Positions 1 to 8,249 of a DNA stretch of 32,000 nt are shown piece by piece. Below the pieces are notes generated by a model, which worked only from the letters and a program-made list of their open reading frames with translations, did no database searches and was not told the origin of the DNA. Within the stretch, counting starts at the first letter, position 1; each line of letters begins with the position of its first letter. The translations under genes were made by a program, and so were the position numbers. The stretch comes from Pseudomonas aeruginosa (GTDB lineage: Bacteria > Pseudomonadota > Gammaproteobacteria > Pseudomonadales > Pseudomonadaceae): assembly GCF_001457615.1 (NCBI RefSeq), contig NZ_LN831024.1, positions 3,120,001 through 3,152,000 of the forward strand, written 5' to 3'.

Positions 1-662
1 AGCACCAGGTAGAGGTCGCCGTGCAACTCATCGCGGCGCCGGGCGATCTCGCGAGCCACGCCGAGCACTGCGAGCAGCGGTGCGCGGTCGTCGAGGAAGT
101 GCGCGGCGACGCAATCCTGGAAGTACAACGGGCGCCGCCACAGACGGTTGAGCACCACGCGGGTACCCGGTCGCACGCCCAGGTTCGCCAGCTCCTCGGC
201 GCTGCGCCGGGTGACCACGTGTACGTCGCGCCAGTGCACCGCGCCCGAGAGCACGTCGGAGCCCTGCGGCGACTCGCCGGTAGCATGCATGCTGCCGTAG
301 GACAGCACGCCGTCGAGTACCGCCTCGCCGGCCAGGATCTGTACCGGACAGACGCCGAAGCTCACCGGCTGGGCGCCGCCGAGCGCCACTACGCGCAGGG
401 TACCGTCGGCCTCGACGCGCTTGACGATCATGGCGATCTCGTCGAGGTGCGCGAGCAGCCGCACCGCGGCCCGCCGCGCCTGCTCGCGCGGCAGGTGCGG
501 CGGGCTGATGCGCGCGACCAGGTTGCCGGCGGCATCGCTGCCGACCTCGTCGCAACAGCCCTCGAGTTCCCGCTGGCAGATGGCCCTGACCTCGTCTTCC
601 TGGCCACCGGGGCCACGTGCCAGCAGGAGTTCCTCGAGCAAGGCGCGGTCTTCTTCGCGCAT
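1..662 (-). CDS. M42-family glutamyl aminopeptidase/endoglucanase-like hydrolase, 3' part cut by window edge
   Basis: Manual translation of the minus strand from ATG at 662: MREEDRALLEELLLARGPGGQEDEVRAICQRELEG...RLLAHLDEIAMIVKRVEADGTLRVVALGGAQPVSFGVCPVQIL..., resembling M42 peptidases. Absent from the ORF track because it runs off the edge. Starts 4 nt after the upstream gene's stop. Confidence 0.75.
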   Translation of the reverse strand, partial: MREEDRALLEELLLARGPGGQEDEVRAICQRELEGCCDEVGSDAAGNLVARISPPHLPREQARRAAVRLLAHLDEIAMIVKRVEADGTLRVVALGGAQPVSFGVCPVQILAGEAVLDGVLSYGSMHATGESPQGSDVLSGAVHWRDVHVVTRRSAEELANLGVRPGTRVVLNRLWRRPLYFQDCVAAHFLDDRAPLLAVLGVAREIARRRDELHGDLYLV

Positions 663-665
663 GCC

Positions 666-1136
666 TCAGGCCGCCCGTTTTTCCAGGCGCGCTTTCAGCT
701 CTTTCTTGTGCTGCTGCATGGCCTGGCCGAGTTGCTTGAGGGCGGCGGCGTCGAGCAATTGCCGGGCGCGTGGGAATAGTTCGCCCTCTTCCTCCTCGAT
801 GTGGTGTTCGAGGAGTTCCTTGAGCACCTTGACCCGGCCGGCGAACTGCACGGTATCCGGGCGGGTGCGCTTGAGGTCGGGAAGGACCAGGGAATCCACC
901 GTGCGGTGTTCCTCCTTGGCCTCGTAGTACATTTTCAGCTCTTCCTTGCCGCCGCTTTCCCTGATCGCCGGATAGAAGATGTCTTCCTCGATGGCGGTGT
1001 GCAGCACCAGTTCCAGCTCCAGCCTGCCCAGCAGCTCGCTGCGCTTCTTCAGCGCCCGTTCGGTGGTCTCGCTGAGTTCGTTGAGCAGTTTCTTCACGGT
1101 CTCGTGGTCATGGACCAGCAATTCGATGGCGTTCAT
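666..1136 (-). CDS. Hemerythrin/HHE cation-binding domain protein
   Basis: 156-aa ORF MNAIELLVHDHETVKKLLNELSET...LELVLHTAIEEDIFYPAIRE...ELLEHHIEEEEGELFPRARQ, with repeated H/HxxxE iron-ligand motifs. Confidence 0.9.
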   Translation of the reverse strand: MNAIELLVHDHETVKKLLNELSETTERALKKRSELLGRLELELVLHTAIEEDIFYPAIRESGGKEELKMYYEAKEEHRTVDSLVLPDLKRTRPDTVQFAGRVKVLKELLEHHIEEEEGELFPRARQLLDAAALKQLGQAMQQHKKELKARLEKRAA

Positions 1137-1210
1137 GGTCGCTCCTCATCGGTTTGTTATCCGAGTGCTCCGGCACTCTCTCTGGCTGAGCGCGCGTTCC
1201 TCCGCCGAGT

Positions 1211-1420
1211 TCAGTCGCGAGGACGGGCGGTCGCCGCACGCGGGCCGGCGACCGCCCAGATCAGCACGCCGAGCACCGGCAGCACCGCGATCAGCAACGA
1301 CCACAGGGCTTTCGAATTCACGCTGCGATCGCTGCGGAACACGCTGACGAAGGCCCACAGGTCGTAGAAACCCACCAGCGTGGCCAGGCCGATGAGCAGG
1401 AAAGCCAGGGACTGGCTCAT
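1211..1420 (-). CDS. Small membrane protein resembling a phospholipase D/cardiolipin synthase N-terminal (PLDc_N) domain
   Basis: 69 aa from internal ATG at 1420: MSQSLAFLLIGLATLVGFYDLWAFVSVFRSDRSVNSKALWSLLIAVLPVLGVLIWAVAGPRAATARPRD. Two hydrophobic helices. The track's longer 129-aa version has a spurious N-terminal extension. Confidence 0.75.
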   Translation of the reverse strand: MSQSLAFLLIGLATLVGFYDLWAFVSVFRSDRSVNSKALWSLLIAVLPVLGVLIWAVAGPRAATARPRD

Positions 1421-1446
1421 GGCGCGCTCCTCCTCGCGGGGTCGGC

Positions 1447-1902
1447 TCAGGCGCGGGCGTCGCGCAGGGCTCGGACCCGGTCGTGGTGACGGAGTACGCC
1501 CTGGTATTGGCGCTCGATCACCTGGTGGATCTCCGCCGGCAGCGATTTTTCCAGCGCCGCCTGGTAGCGGTGCTTGGCGACATCCTCGCCGCGCTCGCAT
1601 TCGTTGAGCACCGCCTCTTCGTCCTTGCCGGTGACCAGTGACTTCAGGTCGACCCAGCGCCGATGCAGGTCACCGGCGAAACTGGTGCTGTCCTTGGGTT
1701 TGCCACCCAGTTCCAGGACGATCCGCTCCAGCTCGTCGGCGGCCGCGGCGCAGTCGCGGCTCTGCTCCAGCATCGCCGCCTTCAACTGCGGGTCGCGCAG
1801 GTCCTCGGCGCAGGCGTGGAAACCGGCCTCGCCATCCTTGCTGGTTTGCAGCAGGTCGTTGAGTACGTCGAGGGTGTCGTCGAGGTTGGTCTGGTTCATT
1901 TC
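1447..1902 (-). CDS. PA2169-family four-helix-bundle protein (DUF2383)
   Basis: MNQTNLDDTLDVLNDLLQTSKDGEAGFHACAEDLRDPQLKAAMLEQSRDCAAAADELERIVLELGGKPKDSTSFAGDLHRRW..., starting at ATG 1902 inside a longer open frame. Recognised family pattern. Confidence 0.9.
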   Translation of the reverse strand, partial: EMNQTNLDDTLDVLNDLLQTSKDGEAGFHACAEDLRDPQLKAAMLEQSRDCAAAADELERIVLELGGKPKDSTSFAGDLHRRWVDLKSLVTGKDEEAVLNECERGEDVAKHRYQAALEKSLPAEIHQVIERQYQGVLRHHDRVRALRDARA

Positions 1903-2024
1903 GCTCTCCTTGGCCCGGAGCTGTCCGGGATTTCTCGCGTCTGTCGGCGCCGGCGCCTGCCGGCACGGAACGTGGGCAGCAACCAGCGCCCACGGAAGGT
2001 GGGAGGCTCGCCGTCGCGGAGCGT

Positions 2025-2801
2025 TCAGAAAGCCGGATGGATGGTGGCGTAGGCCGGGGTGATGCTGAGACGTTCGCCGACCACCATCTCGGTGATCCAG
2101 TCCACCAGGATCGAGGTATAGGCGTCCTGCGCCGCCTCGCTGCTGAGCGCATGGTCGGCGTGGTCGATGATCCGGTGGGTCAGCGAATGGGTCTGCTGGA
2201 AGGCGGCGCGGAAACTCATGATGGTCGAGTGCGGCACATAGCTGTCGAACTCCGACTCCACCAGCAGCACATCGCCGCGGAATCCCGCGCAGGCCTGCAG
2301 GGCTCGGTTGCTGGCGGCCGGGATCAGGCTGCTGCGGTATTCGCTGAGATCCTCGCGGTCGAGCAGCAGCTTGGGCGTCAGCCAATCCTCGTCGCGGTAG
2401 ATCGCCGGCACCCGCAAGGCCAGCCAGCGCACCGCGCGCAACTGGCTGAGGATCGCCGCCAGGTAGCCGCCATAGCTGGTGCCGACCACCGCGATCGCCT
2501 CGCTGTCGATGGCCGGGTGGGCCACCAGCCGGTCGTAGGCGGCGAGCAGGTCCTGCAGGTTGTCCTCGCGCGTCACCAGTGCCTGGCGCCCGCTTTCCGC
2601 GCCGTGGCCGCGAAGGTCGAAGGTCAGGCACACGCAGCCGAGCCCGGCGATGCCCTGGGCGCGCTTCAGGTCGCGCTGCTGGCTGCCGCCCCAGCCGTGC
2701 ACGAAGAGCACGCCGGGAACCTTCGCCCGGGGGCTGAGGAAGGTGCCTTCGATCCGGTCGTCGCCGACCCCGATGCGGATGCGTTCGCTGTTCGCCGTCA
2801 T
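2025..2801 (-). CDS. Alpha/beta hydrolase (dienelactone hydrolase/acyl-peptidase-like)
   Basis: 258 aa with the GVLFVHGWGGSQQ oxyanion region, nucleophile elbow GTSYGG, and a C-terminal HADHAL. 4-nt overlap with the upstream gene. Confidence 0.85.
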   Translation of the reverse strand: MTANSERIRIGVGDDRIEGTFLSPRAKVPGVLFVHGWGGSQQRDLKRAQGIAGLGCVCLTFDLRGHGAESGRQALVTREDNLQDLLAAYDRLVAHPAIDSEAIAVVGTSYGGYLAAILSQLRAVRWLALRVPAIYRDEDWLTPKLLLDREDLSEYRSSLIPAASNRALQACAGFRGDVLLVESEFDSYVPHSTIMSFRAAFQQTHSLTHRIIDHADHALSSEAAQDAYTSILVDWITEMVVGERLSITPAYATIHPAF

Positions 2802-3895
2802 GCCTCCCCCGTCATCGCATACTTGAGCAGGAAGTCGCCGTGTTCGTCGGGACCGCGGTAGATCACCCGGCTGTTGTCCGGCAGGCGCTTGTCTTCGTGG
2901 ATCTCGAACGACGCGGCGCGCACCGCGGGCAGCCCCGGATCGGCGCGGAAGGCTTCCAGCGCGGCGATCTCGGCGCTGCTCGCGCCGCCGACCCGCCAGG
3001 ACTGCTCGAGCACGCCGAAGCGCTCCCGACCGTTGCCGTCCCGGCCCTGGGCAATGTCGTAGTTGCGCCGCGAGGCGAAGCAGCCGGGGAAGAAGATCGC
3101 CGCGGCGGTGTCGAAGATCCGCGCGTACTCGATGGCCTGGCGCACCTCGCGGGCCAGGTCCAGGGCCAGCAGCTCGGCGTAGCCACCGCGCGCCACCAGC
3201 AGGTCGGAGCCGGCATAGACCAGTTCGCCGCGCGCGTTGCGGGTCTGGTGTTGGTGACCGTGGTAGCTCAGCAGGAAACCGTTGACCCGGAGCTGGCCGA
3301 CGCTGTGGGTGACGATGCTCTCCAGGTTGACTTCCAGTACCAGGCCCTGCGCCAACTGGCGCTCCTCCAGCTCGCCGAGCCAGCCGTCCAGTTCGTCGAG
3401 GTCGTGCGCCACGTACTGGCCGAGGCCGCCACAGGCCTCCGCCAGCTTGGCCCGCACCGGTCCTTCGGCGAGCATGCGAGCGCCGGCGCGGTGTGCGTCG
3501 GCCAGGCTGAAGACGCTGACGCCGTTGAGCACGACGTCGCGGACCTTCTCCGCGAACAGCGGGTTCCAGCCTTCCGGCGCCACGCCGCCGCGCGGCAGCG
3601 GATGGACGATGGCCTTACCGGCGATGAACGCGTGCTCGACGAAACCGCCGAGCAGATCTTCGTCACTGTTCACGCCCAGGCGCACGGCGGTCTCCCTGCC
3701 GACCAGGGTGCGGGTCGGGACCAGGTAGAGGGGGCCTCGCTGGTGCAATTCGGGTTCGTAGCGGCCGCCGAACTCCAGCTTCTGGACTTCCGCCAGCCAG
3801 CGCGCCAGGGCCAGGTTGCCCTGCACTTCGTGTTCGGCGGCCGCGGGATCGACACTATGGGCCACCACCAGTCTCTGCCGAGGGTCTGCGCTCAT
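2798..3895 (-). CDS. DUF3182 family protein (function unknown; possibly ATP-grasp-like)
   Basis: 365-aa ORF MSADPRQRLVVAHSVDPAAAEHEVQGNLALARWLAEVQKLEFGG... with a coherent full-length reading frame. Family assigned from memory. Confidence 0.7.
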   Translation of the reverse strand: MSADPRQRLVVAHSVDPAAAEHEVQGNLALARWLAEVQKLEFGGRYEPELHQRGPLYLVPTRTLVGRETAVRLGVNSDEDLLGGFVEHAFIAGKAIVHPLPRGGVAPEGWNPLFAEKVRDVVLNGVSVFSLADAHRAGARMLAEGPVRAKLAEACGGLGQYVAHDLDELDGWLGELEERQLAQGLVLEVNLESIVTHSVGQLRVNGFLLSYHGHQHQTRNARGELVYAGSDLLVARGGYAELLALDLAREVRQAIEYARIFDTAAAIFFPGCFASRRNYDIAQGRDGNGRERFGVLEQSWRVGGASSAEIAALEAFRADPGLPAVRAASFEIHEDKRLPDNSRVIYRGPDEHGDFLLKYAMTGEA

Positions 3896-3926
3896 GTTCC
3901 GCTCCTCCTGGATGGAAACCGGGCAT

Positions 3927-4118
3927 TCAGGGCTCCGGTATGGGCGAGAGGGGCTCTTCGTTGGGCTGTTCCATCGGAATCTCTTCCGGGAATTCCTGGG
4001 GGACGTGGCTTTCGTGGTCAGGAACCGGATATTCGTCCGGATCCCTCGAGGGGTTGCGTGGAGTGGTCGCTGTCGCGCCCGATGATGCAGAAGTGGGAAA
4101 ACGCATGTCCGCCTCCAT
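3927..4118 (-). CDS. Small Pro/Glu-rich hypothetical protein (63 aa)
   Basis: MEADMRFPTSASSGATATTPRNPSRDPDEYPVPDHESHVPQEFPEEIPMEQPNEEPLSPIPEP. Lies in the gap between DUF3509 and DUF3182 genes, same strand. Confidence 0.5.
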   Translation of the reverse strand: MEADMRFPTSASSGATATTPRNPSRDPDEYPVPDHESHVPQEFPEEIPMEQPNEEPLSPIPEP

Positions 4119-4182
4119 CGTAGGGATGACTTCTAGATGGAGGGGGCGAAGACGGATTTGGTTCGGACCATGCGTCGGAAGG

Positions 4183-4207
4183 CCGGGTCGGCGACTGACC
4201 GACCCGG
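4183..4207. repeat. Perfect 9-bp inverted repeat (hairpin), intergenic
   Basis: CCGGGTCGG-CGACTGA-CCGACCCGG between the DUF3509 stop (4224) and the 63-aa ORF start (4118). No adjacent T-tract. Confidence 0.8.
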
Positions 4208-4223
4208 AGCTGAAACAGCCTGC

Positions 4224-4589
4224 TCAGCGAGCCAGGCTCATGGTACGCAGCTTGCCGCCGGCGACCAGGACCTTGCGATGAGTGAGATGCTGGTTGTCGC
4301 TGTCGCGGAACGTGAGCAGGTCGATGCGCTTGCGGAAATAGTCGCTGTCGCGCGTCTGCAACGGCCCCTGGTCGATGATCAGGTCCCGGCGGATGCGTTC
4401 CAGCACCTGGTTCAGCAACAGCGGGCTGCTCTGCTCCTGGCCGGAGATCGCCCGGCTCATCAGGCGCTTGCCCTGGTTATTACGCAAGGTCACCAGCAAC
4501 GCGCCGTCAGGGCGAGGTTCGCAACTGACGCGCACATCCTTGAAATGCTCTTCCAGGTACTCAACCACGTTTTCATCGGTATCTAGCAT
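4224..4589 (-). CDS. DUF3509 family protein
   Basis: 121-aa ORF MLDTDENVVEYLEEHFKDVRVSCEPRPDGALLVTLRNNQGKRLMSRAISGQE..., preceded by a strong RBS (AGGAGG). Confidence 0.75.
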   Translation of the reverse strand: MLDTDENVVEYLEEHFKDVRVSCEPRPDGALLVTLRNNQGKRLMSRAISGQEQSSPLLLNQVLERIRRDLIIDQGPLQTRDSDYFRKRIDLLTFRDSDNQHLTHRKVLVAGGKLRTMSLAR

Positions 4590-4893
4590 TGCTGGCCTCC
4601 TGTCTCATCAGATTCTTTGACGCCGGTAATCAGGCGCATCCCTTTCGAGCAGAAGGCGTACCAATTCTTCTTGAAAATTAATTTCTTATAAATCAATAGG
4701 TTGAAAAACAAAGCGGCGAATTGATATTTGCAATTTGCAAGAAAGCCCCTGCCGAGCCTTGCATTCGGCAACCCGTTGCGCCCGTCGTCTCGCCTGCAAC
4801 CCCCTGGCGCGGCTTCTCGCAAGCCGAGCCGCCGGTAAAAAAAACTAAACTTCCGGCGCTCCCCTCCGGTCACCCCTAGCAAGGACTTCGCCC
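4590..4893. promoter_or_regulatory. Divergent intergenic region between DUF3509 (-) and glgA (+), with AT-rich core
   Basis: About 4670-4740 is strikingly AT-rich for this GC-rich window. Contains a tandem TTTGCAA repeat (4727-4740) and a CTAAACT box (4845-4851) about 45 nt upstream of the first glgA ATG. Confidence 0.5.
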
Positions 4894-6498
4894 ATGCCAC
4901 GGCGCGACGGAGTCCGACCGACCAACGCCAAGGACAACGTACGACCGGAGGATGACATGGGACATTCTGTTGCAGGCGTTTGCCTGGAAGAACCCGCGGT
5001 ACTGACCGCTTTTCCGTCGCTGCTGCACCCGCAGGACCCGCCGCAACAGAGGGATCGGATACTCTTCGTTACCGCCGAGCTCAGCGATTTCGTCAAGGTC
5101 GGCGGACTCGGCGACTTTTCCGCCGCGCTGCCGAGGGTCCTCAAGCGCGAGCATTCGGTGCGAGTCCTGCTGCCCGGCTATCGCCAGGTGCTGGAGCGCT
5201 GCCGCGACTTGCGGATCATCGGCAGCCTGCCCGGCCGGGCGGCGATCCCGCCCTGCGAGATCGGCCTGGTGACCCTCGACGACGGCCTGGAAGTCATGCT
5301 GGTGCTCTGCCCGCTGCTCTACGAGCGCGAGGGTACGCCGTACATGGACGACCAGGGCAACGACTGGCCGGACAACCACCTGCGCTTCGCCCGCCTGTGC
5401 CTGGCCGCCGCCGAGATCGCCGGTGGACGCGGCGCCCAGGGCTGGCAACCGGGCCTGGTGCACGCCAACGACTGGCCGTCGGCGCTGACGCCGGCCTACA
5501 TGGCCTGGAACGGCGTGCGCACGCCGAGCCTGTTTACCATCCACAACCTCGCCTACCAGGGCCTCTGCGACCTGCAATGCAGCGCCGAACTGGGCCTCCC
5601 CGACGAAGCGCTGAGCCACGAAAGCATGGAGTTCCACGGGCGCCTGTCGTTCCTCAAGGCCGGCATCGCCCATGCCCACCACATCACCACGGTGAGCGAG
5701 ACCTACGCCCAGGAAATCACTACCCCGGAATACGGCTGCGGCCTGCACGGCATCCTCAAGTACAAGGTCGAGAAGCGTCAGCTCAGCGGCATCGTCAACG
5801 GTATCGACGATAGCTGGCAACCGCACTGCGATCCGCACCTGGTCGCCTGCTTCAGCGCCCGCCAATGGGCCGGCAAGCGCGCCAACACGCGCTACGTGGA
5901 GGAGCGTTTCGGCCTGGAGCCGGGCAAGGGGCCGCTGTTCGCGGTGGTCTCGCGCCTGGTGCAGCAGAAAGGCATCGACCTGACCCTGGAGATCAGCGAT
6001 GCCCTGCTCCAGGCCGGCGGCCGTCTGGTCAGCATCGGCCGTGGCGAGCCGAACCTGGAGAAGGCCATGCTCGAACTCGCCCGGCGTCATCCCGGCCAGG
6101 TCGGCGTGCACATCGGTTTCGACGAGACCGAGGCCCGCCGTATCTACGCCGGCAGCGACTTCCTGCTCATGCCCTCGCGTTATGAGCCCTGCGGGCTCAG
6201 TCAGCTCTATGCGCAATGCTTCGGCTCGCTGCCGATCGCGCGTTGCACCGGCGGCCTCGCCGATACCATCGTCGACGGGGTCACCGGCTTCCTGTTCCGT
6301 GAGGAAACCGCGCAGAGCTACCTCGATGCGGTGATGCGCGCGATCAACGTCTACCACTGTCCCTCGCTGCTCAACGCCATGCGCTGCAAGGCGATGGCCG
6401 CGCCGATGTTCTGGAGCGACTCGGTGGAGCCTTACAACCGCCTGTACCGGCGCCTGTTGAGGAATACCGCTCCGGCCCTGCGCGGGGTACGCCAGTGA
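4894..6498 (+). CDS. glgA: Glycogen/alpha-glucan synthase, GT5 family
   Basis: 534 aa with RILFVTAELSDFVKVGGLGDFSAALPRVL, NDWPSALTPAYMAWNG, FTIHNLAYQG, FAVVSRLVQQKGIDL and MPSRYEPCGLSQLYAQCFGSLPIARCTGGLADTI. Start could be 4894 or 4957. Confidence 0.95.
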   Translation: MPRRDGVRPTNAKDNVRPEDDMGHSVAGVCLEEPAVLTAFPSLLHPQDPPQQRDRILFVTAELSDFVKVGGLGDFSAALPRVLKREHSVRVLLPGYRQVLERCRDLRIIGSLPGRAAIPPCEIGLVTLDDGLEVMLVLCPLLYEREGTPYMDDQGNDWPDNHLRFARLCLAAAEIAGGRGAQGWQPGLVHANDWPSALTPAYMAWNGVRTPSLFTIHNLAYQGLCDLQCSAELGLPDEALSHESMEFHGRLSFLKAGIAHAHHITTVSETYAQEITTPEYGCGLHGILKYKVEKRQLSGIVNGIDDSWQPHCDPHLVACFSARQWAGKRANTRYVEERFGLEPGKGPLFAVVSRLVQQKGIDLTLEISDALLQAGGRLVSIGRGEPNLEKAMLELARRHPGQVGVHIGFDETEARRIYAGSDFLLMPSRYEPCGLSQLYAQCFGSLPIARCTGGLADTIVDGVTGFLFREETAQSYLDAVMRAINVYHCPSLLNAMRCKAMAAPMFWSDSVEPYNRLYRRLLRNTAPALRGVRQ

Positions 6499-8249
6499 TG
6501 GCGATCCGGCGCCGCTTCGGCGCCCAGTTCCAAGGCAACGGCCGGACCTGCTTCGGCCTCTGGGCTCCGGACGCCCGTGAGGTCCGGGTCGAGACCGCCG
6601 ACGGCCGCGACTGGCCGCTGGAAGGCAGCGACAGCGGCTGGTTCGAGGCGACCCTGCCCTGTCCGCCCGGCACCCGCTACCGTTACCGCATCGATGGTCG
6701 CCCCGGGGTGCCGGACCCGGCCTCGCAGTTCCAGCCCGACGGCGTGCATGGCCACAGCCAGGTGCTGGACCATGGCGCCTACGCCTGGCGCGTCGACGAG
6801 TGGCGCGGGCGGCCCTGGCACGAAGCGGTGATCTACGAGCTGCACGTCGGCCTGTTCGGCTCCTACGCCGAGGTCGAGCGCTTCCTTCCGCGCCTGGTGG
6901 AACTGGGCGTGACCGCCGTGGAGCTGATGCCGCTGGGCGAGTTTCCCGGTCGCCGCAACTGGGGCTACGACGGCGTGCTGCCGTTCGCCCCGGCGTCGGC
7001 CTACGGCACGCCCGAGCAACTCAAGCATCTGATCGACAGCGCTCACGGCATGGGCCTGATGGTCTTCGTCGACGTGATCTACAACCACTTCGGCCCGGAC
7101 GGCAACTACCTCGCGCAGTACGCCGCCGCGTTCTTCCGCGACGACCGGCAGACGCCCTGGGGCCAGGCCATCGATTTCCGTCGCGGCGAAGTCCGCGAGT
7201 TCTTCTATGAGAACGCCCTGATGTGGCTGCTCGACTATCGCGTCGACGGCCTGCGCTTCGATGCCGTGCACGCGATTCCCGATAGCGCGTTCCTCGTCGA
7301 GATGGCCCGCCGCCTGCGCGGCGCCGCCGGCCCCGAGCGCCATGTGCACCTGGTCCTGGAGAACGACGACAACCGCGCCAGCCTGCTGCGCCAGGGCTAC
7401 GACGCACAGTGGAACGACGATGGCCACCATGCGCTGCACGTCCTGCTCACCGGCGAGAACGACGGCTACTACCAGGACTACCCCGAGCCGCTGCGCTGCC
7501 TGGCGCGCTGCCTGGCCGAAGGCTTCGTCTACCAGGGCGAAGCCAACCGCCACGGCCGGCCGCGCGGCGAACCGAGTGCCGACCTGGCGCCGGACGCCTT
7601 CGTGCTGTTTCTGCAAAACCACGACCAGGTCGGCAACCGCGCCTTCGGCGAGCGTCTCAGCGTCCTCGCCGAACCCCAGGCGTTGCGCCTGGCGATAGCG
7701 CTGCAACTGCTCGCGCCGATGATTCCGCTGCTGTTCATGGGCGAGGAATGCGCCGCGCGCGAACCGTTCCTGTATTTCACCGATCACCAGGGCGAACTGG
7801 CGGACGCGGTCCGCGAGGGACGACGCAAGGAGTTCGGCGAGTTCGGCCGCTTCGGCGAGGGCGCCACCCTGGCTTCGCTCCCCGACCCAAACGCGGTGGA
7901 GACCTTCGAGCGCTCGCGTCCCGGCCTGGCCGATTGCGACCCGGCCTGGCGCGGCTTCTACCGGCAACTGCTGGAAATCCGTCATGAACACCTGATCCCG
8001 CGCCTGCGCGGCGCCCGTTCGCTGGGGGTTACCACCATCGCCGGCGCCGCGCTGTCGGCGCGCTGGCGACTCGGTGACGGCAGTGACTGGCGAATCGACT
8101 TCAACCCTTCTCCGCTCGAAGCGGAAGTCGAGCCGCCGGCGGCCACCACCTGGGTGCTGTTCCTCGACAACCTCGCCTGTGCCGAGTATCGCCGCGGCCG
8201 CCTAAGTCCCCGCAGCATCGCGGTCAGCCTGGAGCCCGCCCATGAGTGA
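6498..8249 (+). CDS. treZ: Malto-oligosyltrehalose trehalohydrolase
   Basis: N-terminal CBM48-like region plus GH13 motifs (DVIYNHFGPDGNY, VDGLRFDAVHAI, LENDDN, LQNHDQVGNRAFGERL). Start ATG 6498 in TGATG overlap with glgA; alternative GTG at 6495. Confidence 0.93.
   Translation: MAIRRRFGAQFQGNGRTCFGLWAPDAREVRVETADGRDWPLEGSDSGWFEATLPCPPGTRYRYRIDGRPGVPDPASQFQPDGVHGHSQVLDHGAYAWRVDEWRGRPWHEAVIYELHVGLFGSYAEVERFLPRLVELGVTAVELMPLGEFPGRRNWGYDGVLPFAPASAYGTPEQLKHLIDSAHGMGLMVFVDVIYNHFGPDGNYLAQYAAAFFRDDRQTPWGQAIDFRRGEVREFFYENALMWLLDYRVDGLRFDAVHAIPDSAFLVEMARRLRGAAGPERHVHLVLENDDNRASLLRQGYDAQWNDDGHHALHVLLTGENDGYYQDYPEPLRCLARCLAEGFVYQGEANRHGRPRGEPSADLAPDAFVLFLQNHDQVGNRAFGERLSVLAEPQALRLAIALQLLAPMIPLLFMGEECAAREPFLYFTDHQGELADAVREGRRKEFGEFGRFGEGATLASLPDPNAVETFERSRPGLADCDPAWRGFYRQLLEIRHEHLIPRLRGARSLGVTTIAGAALSARWRLGDGSDWRIDFNPSPLEAEVEPPAATTWVLFLDNLACAEYRRGRLSPRSIAVSLEPAHE

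Noticed and set aside
4583-4900. 105-aa minus-strand ORF (MAWAKSLLGVTGG...)
   Set aside because: Lies in the AT-rich divergent intergenic region, overlaps both flanking starts, changes composition midway and has no recognisable features.
4876-6357. 493-aa minus-strand ORF opposite glgA
   Set aside because: Mirror frame of glgA with shadow-type composition.
6432-7991. 519-aa minus-strand ORF opposite treZ
   Set aside because: Shadow ORF of a conserved GH13 gene.
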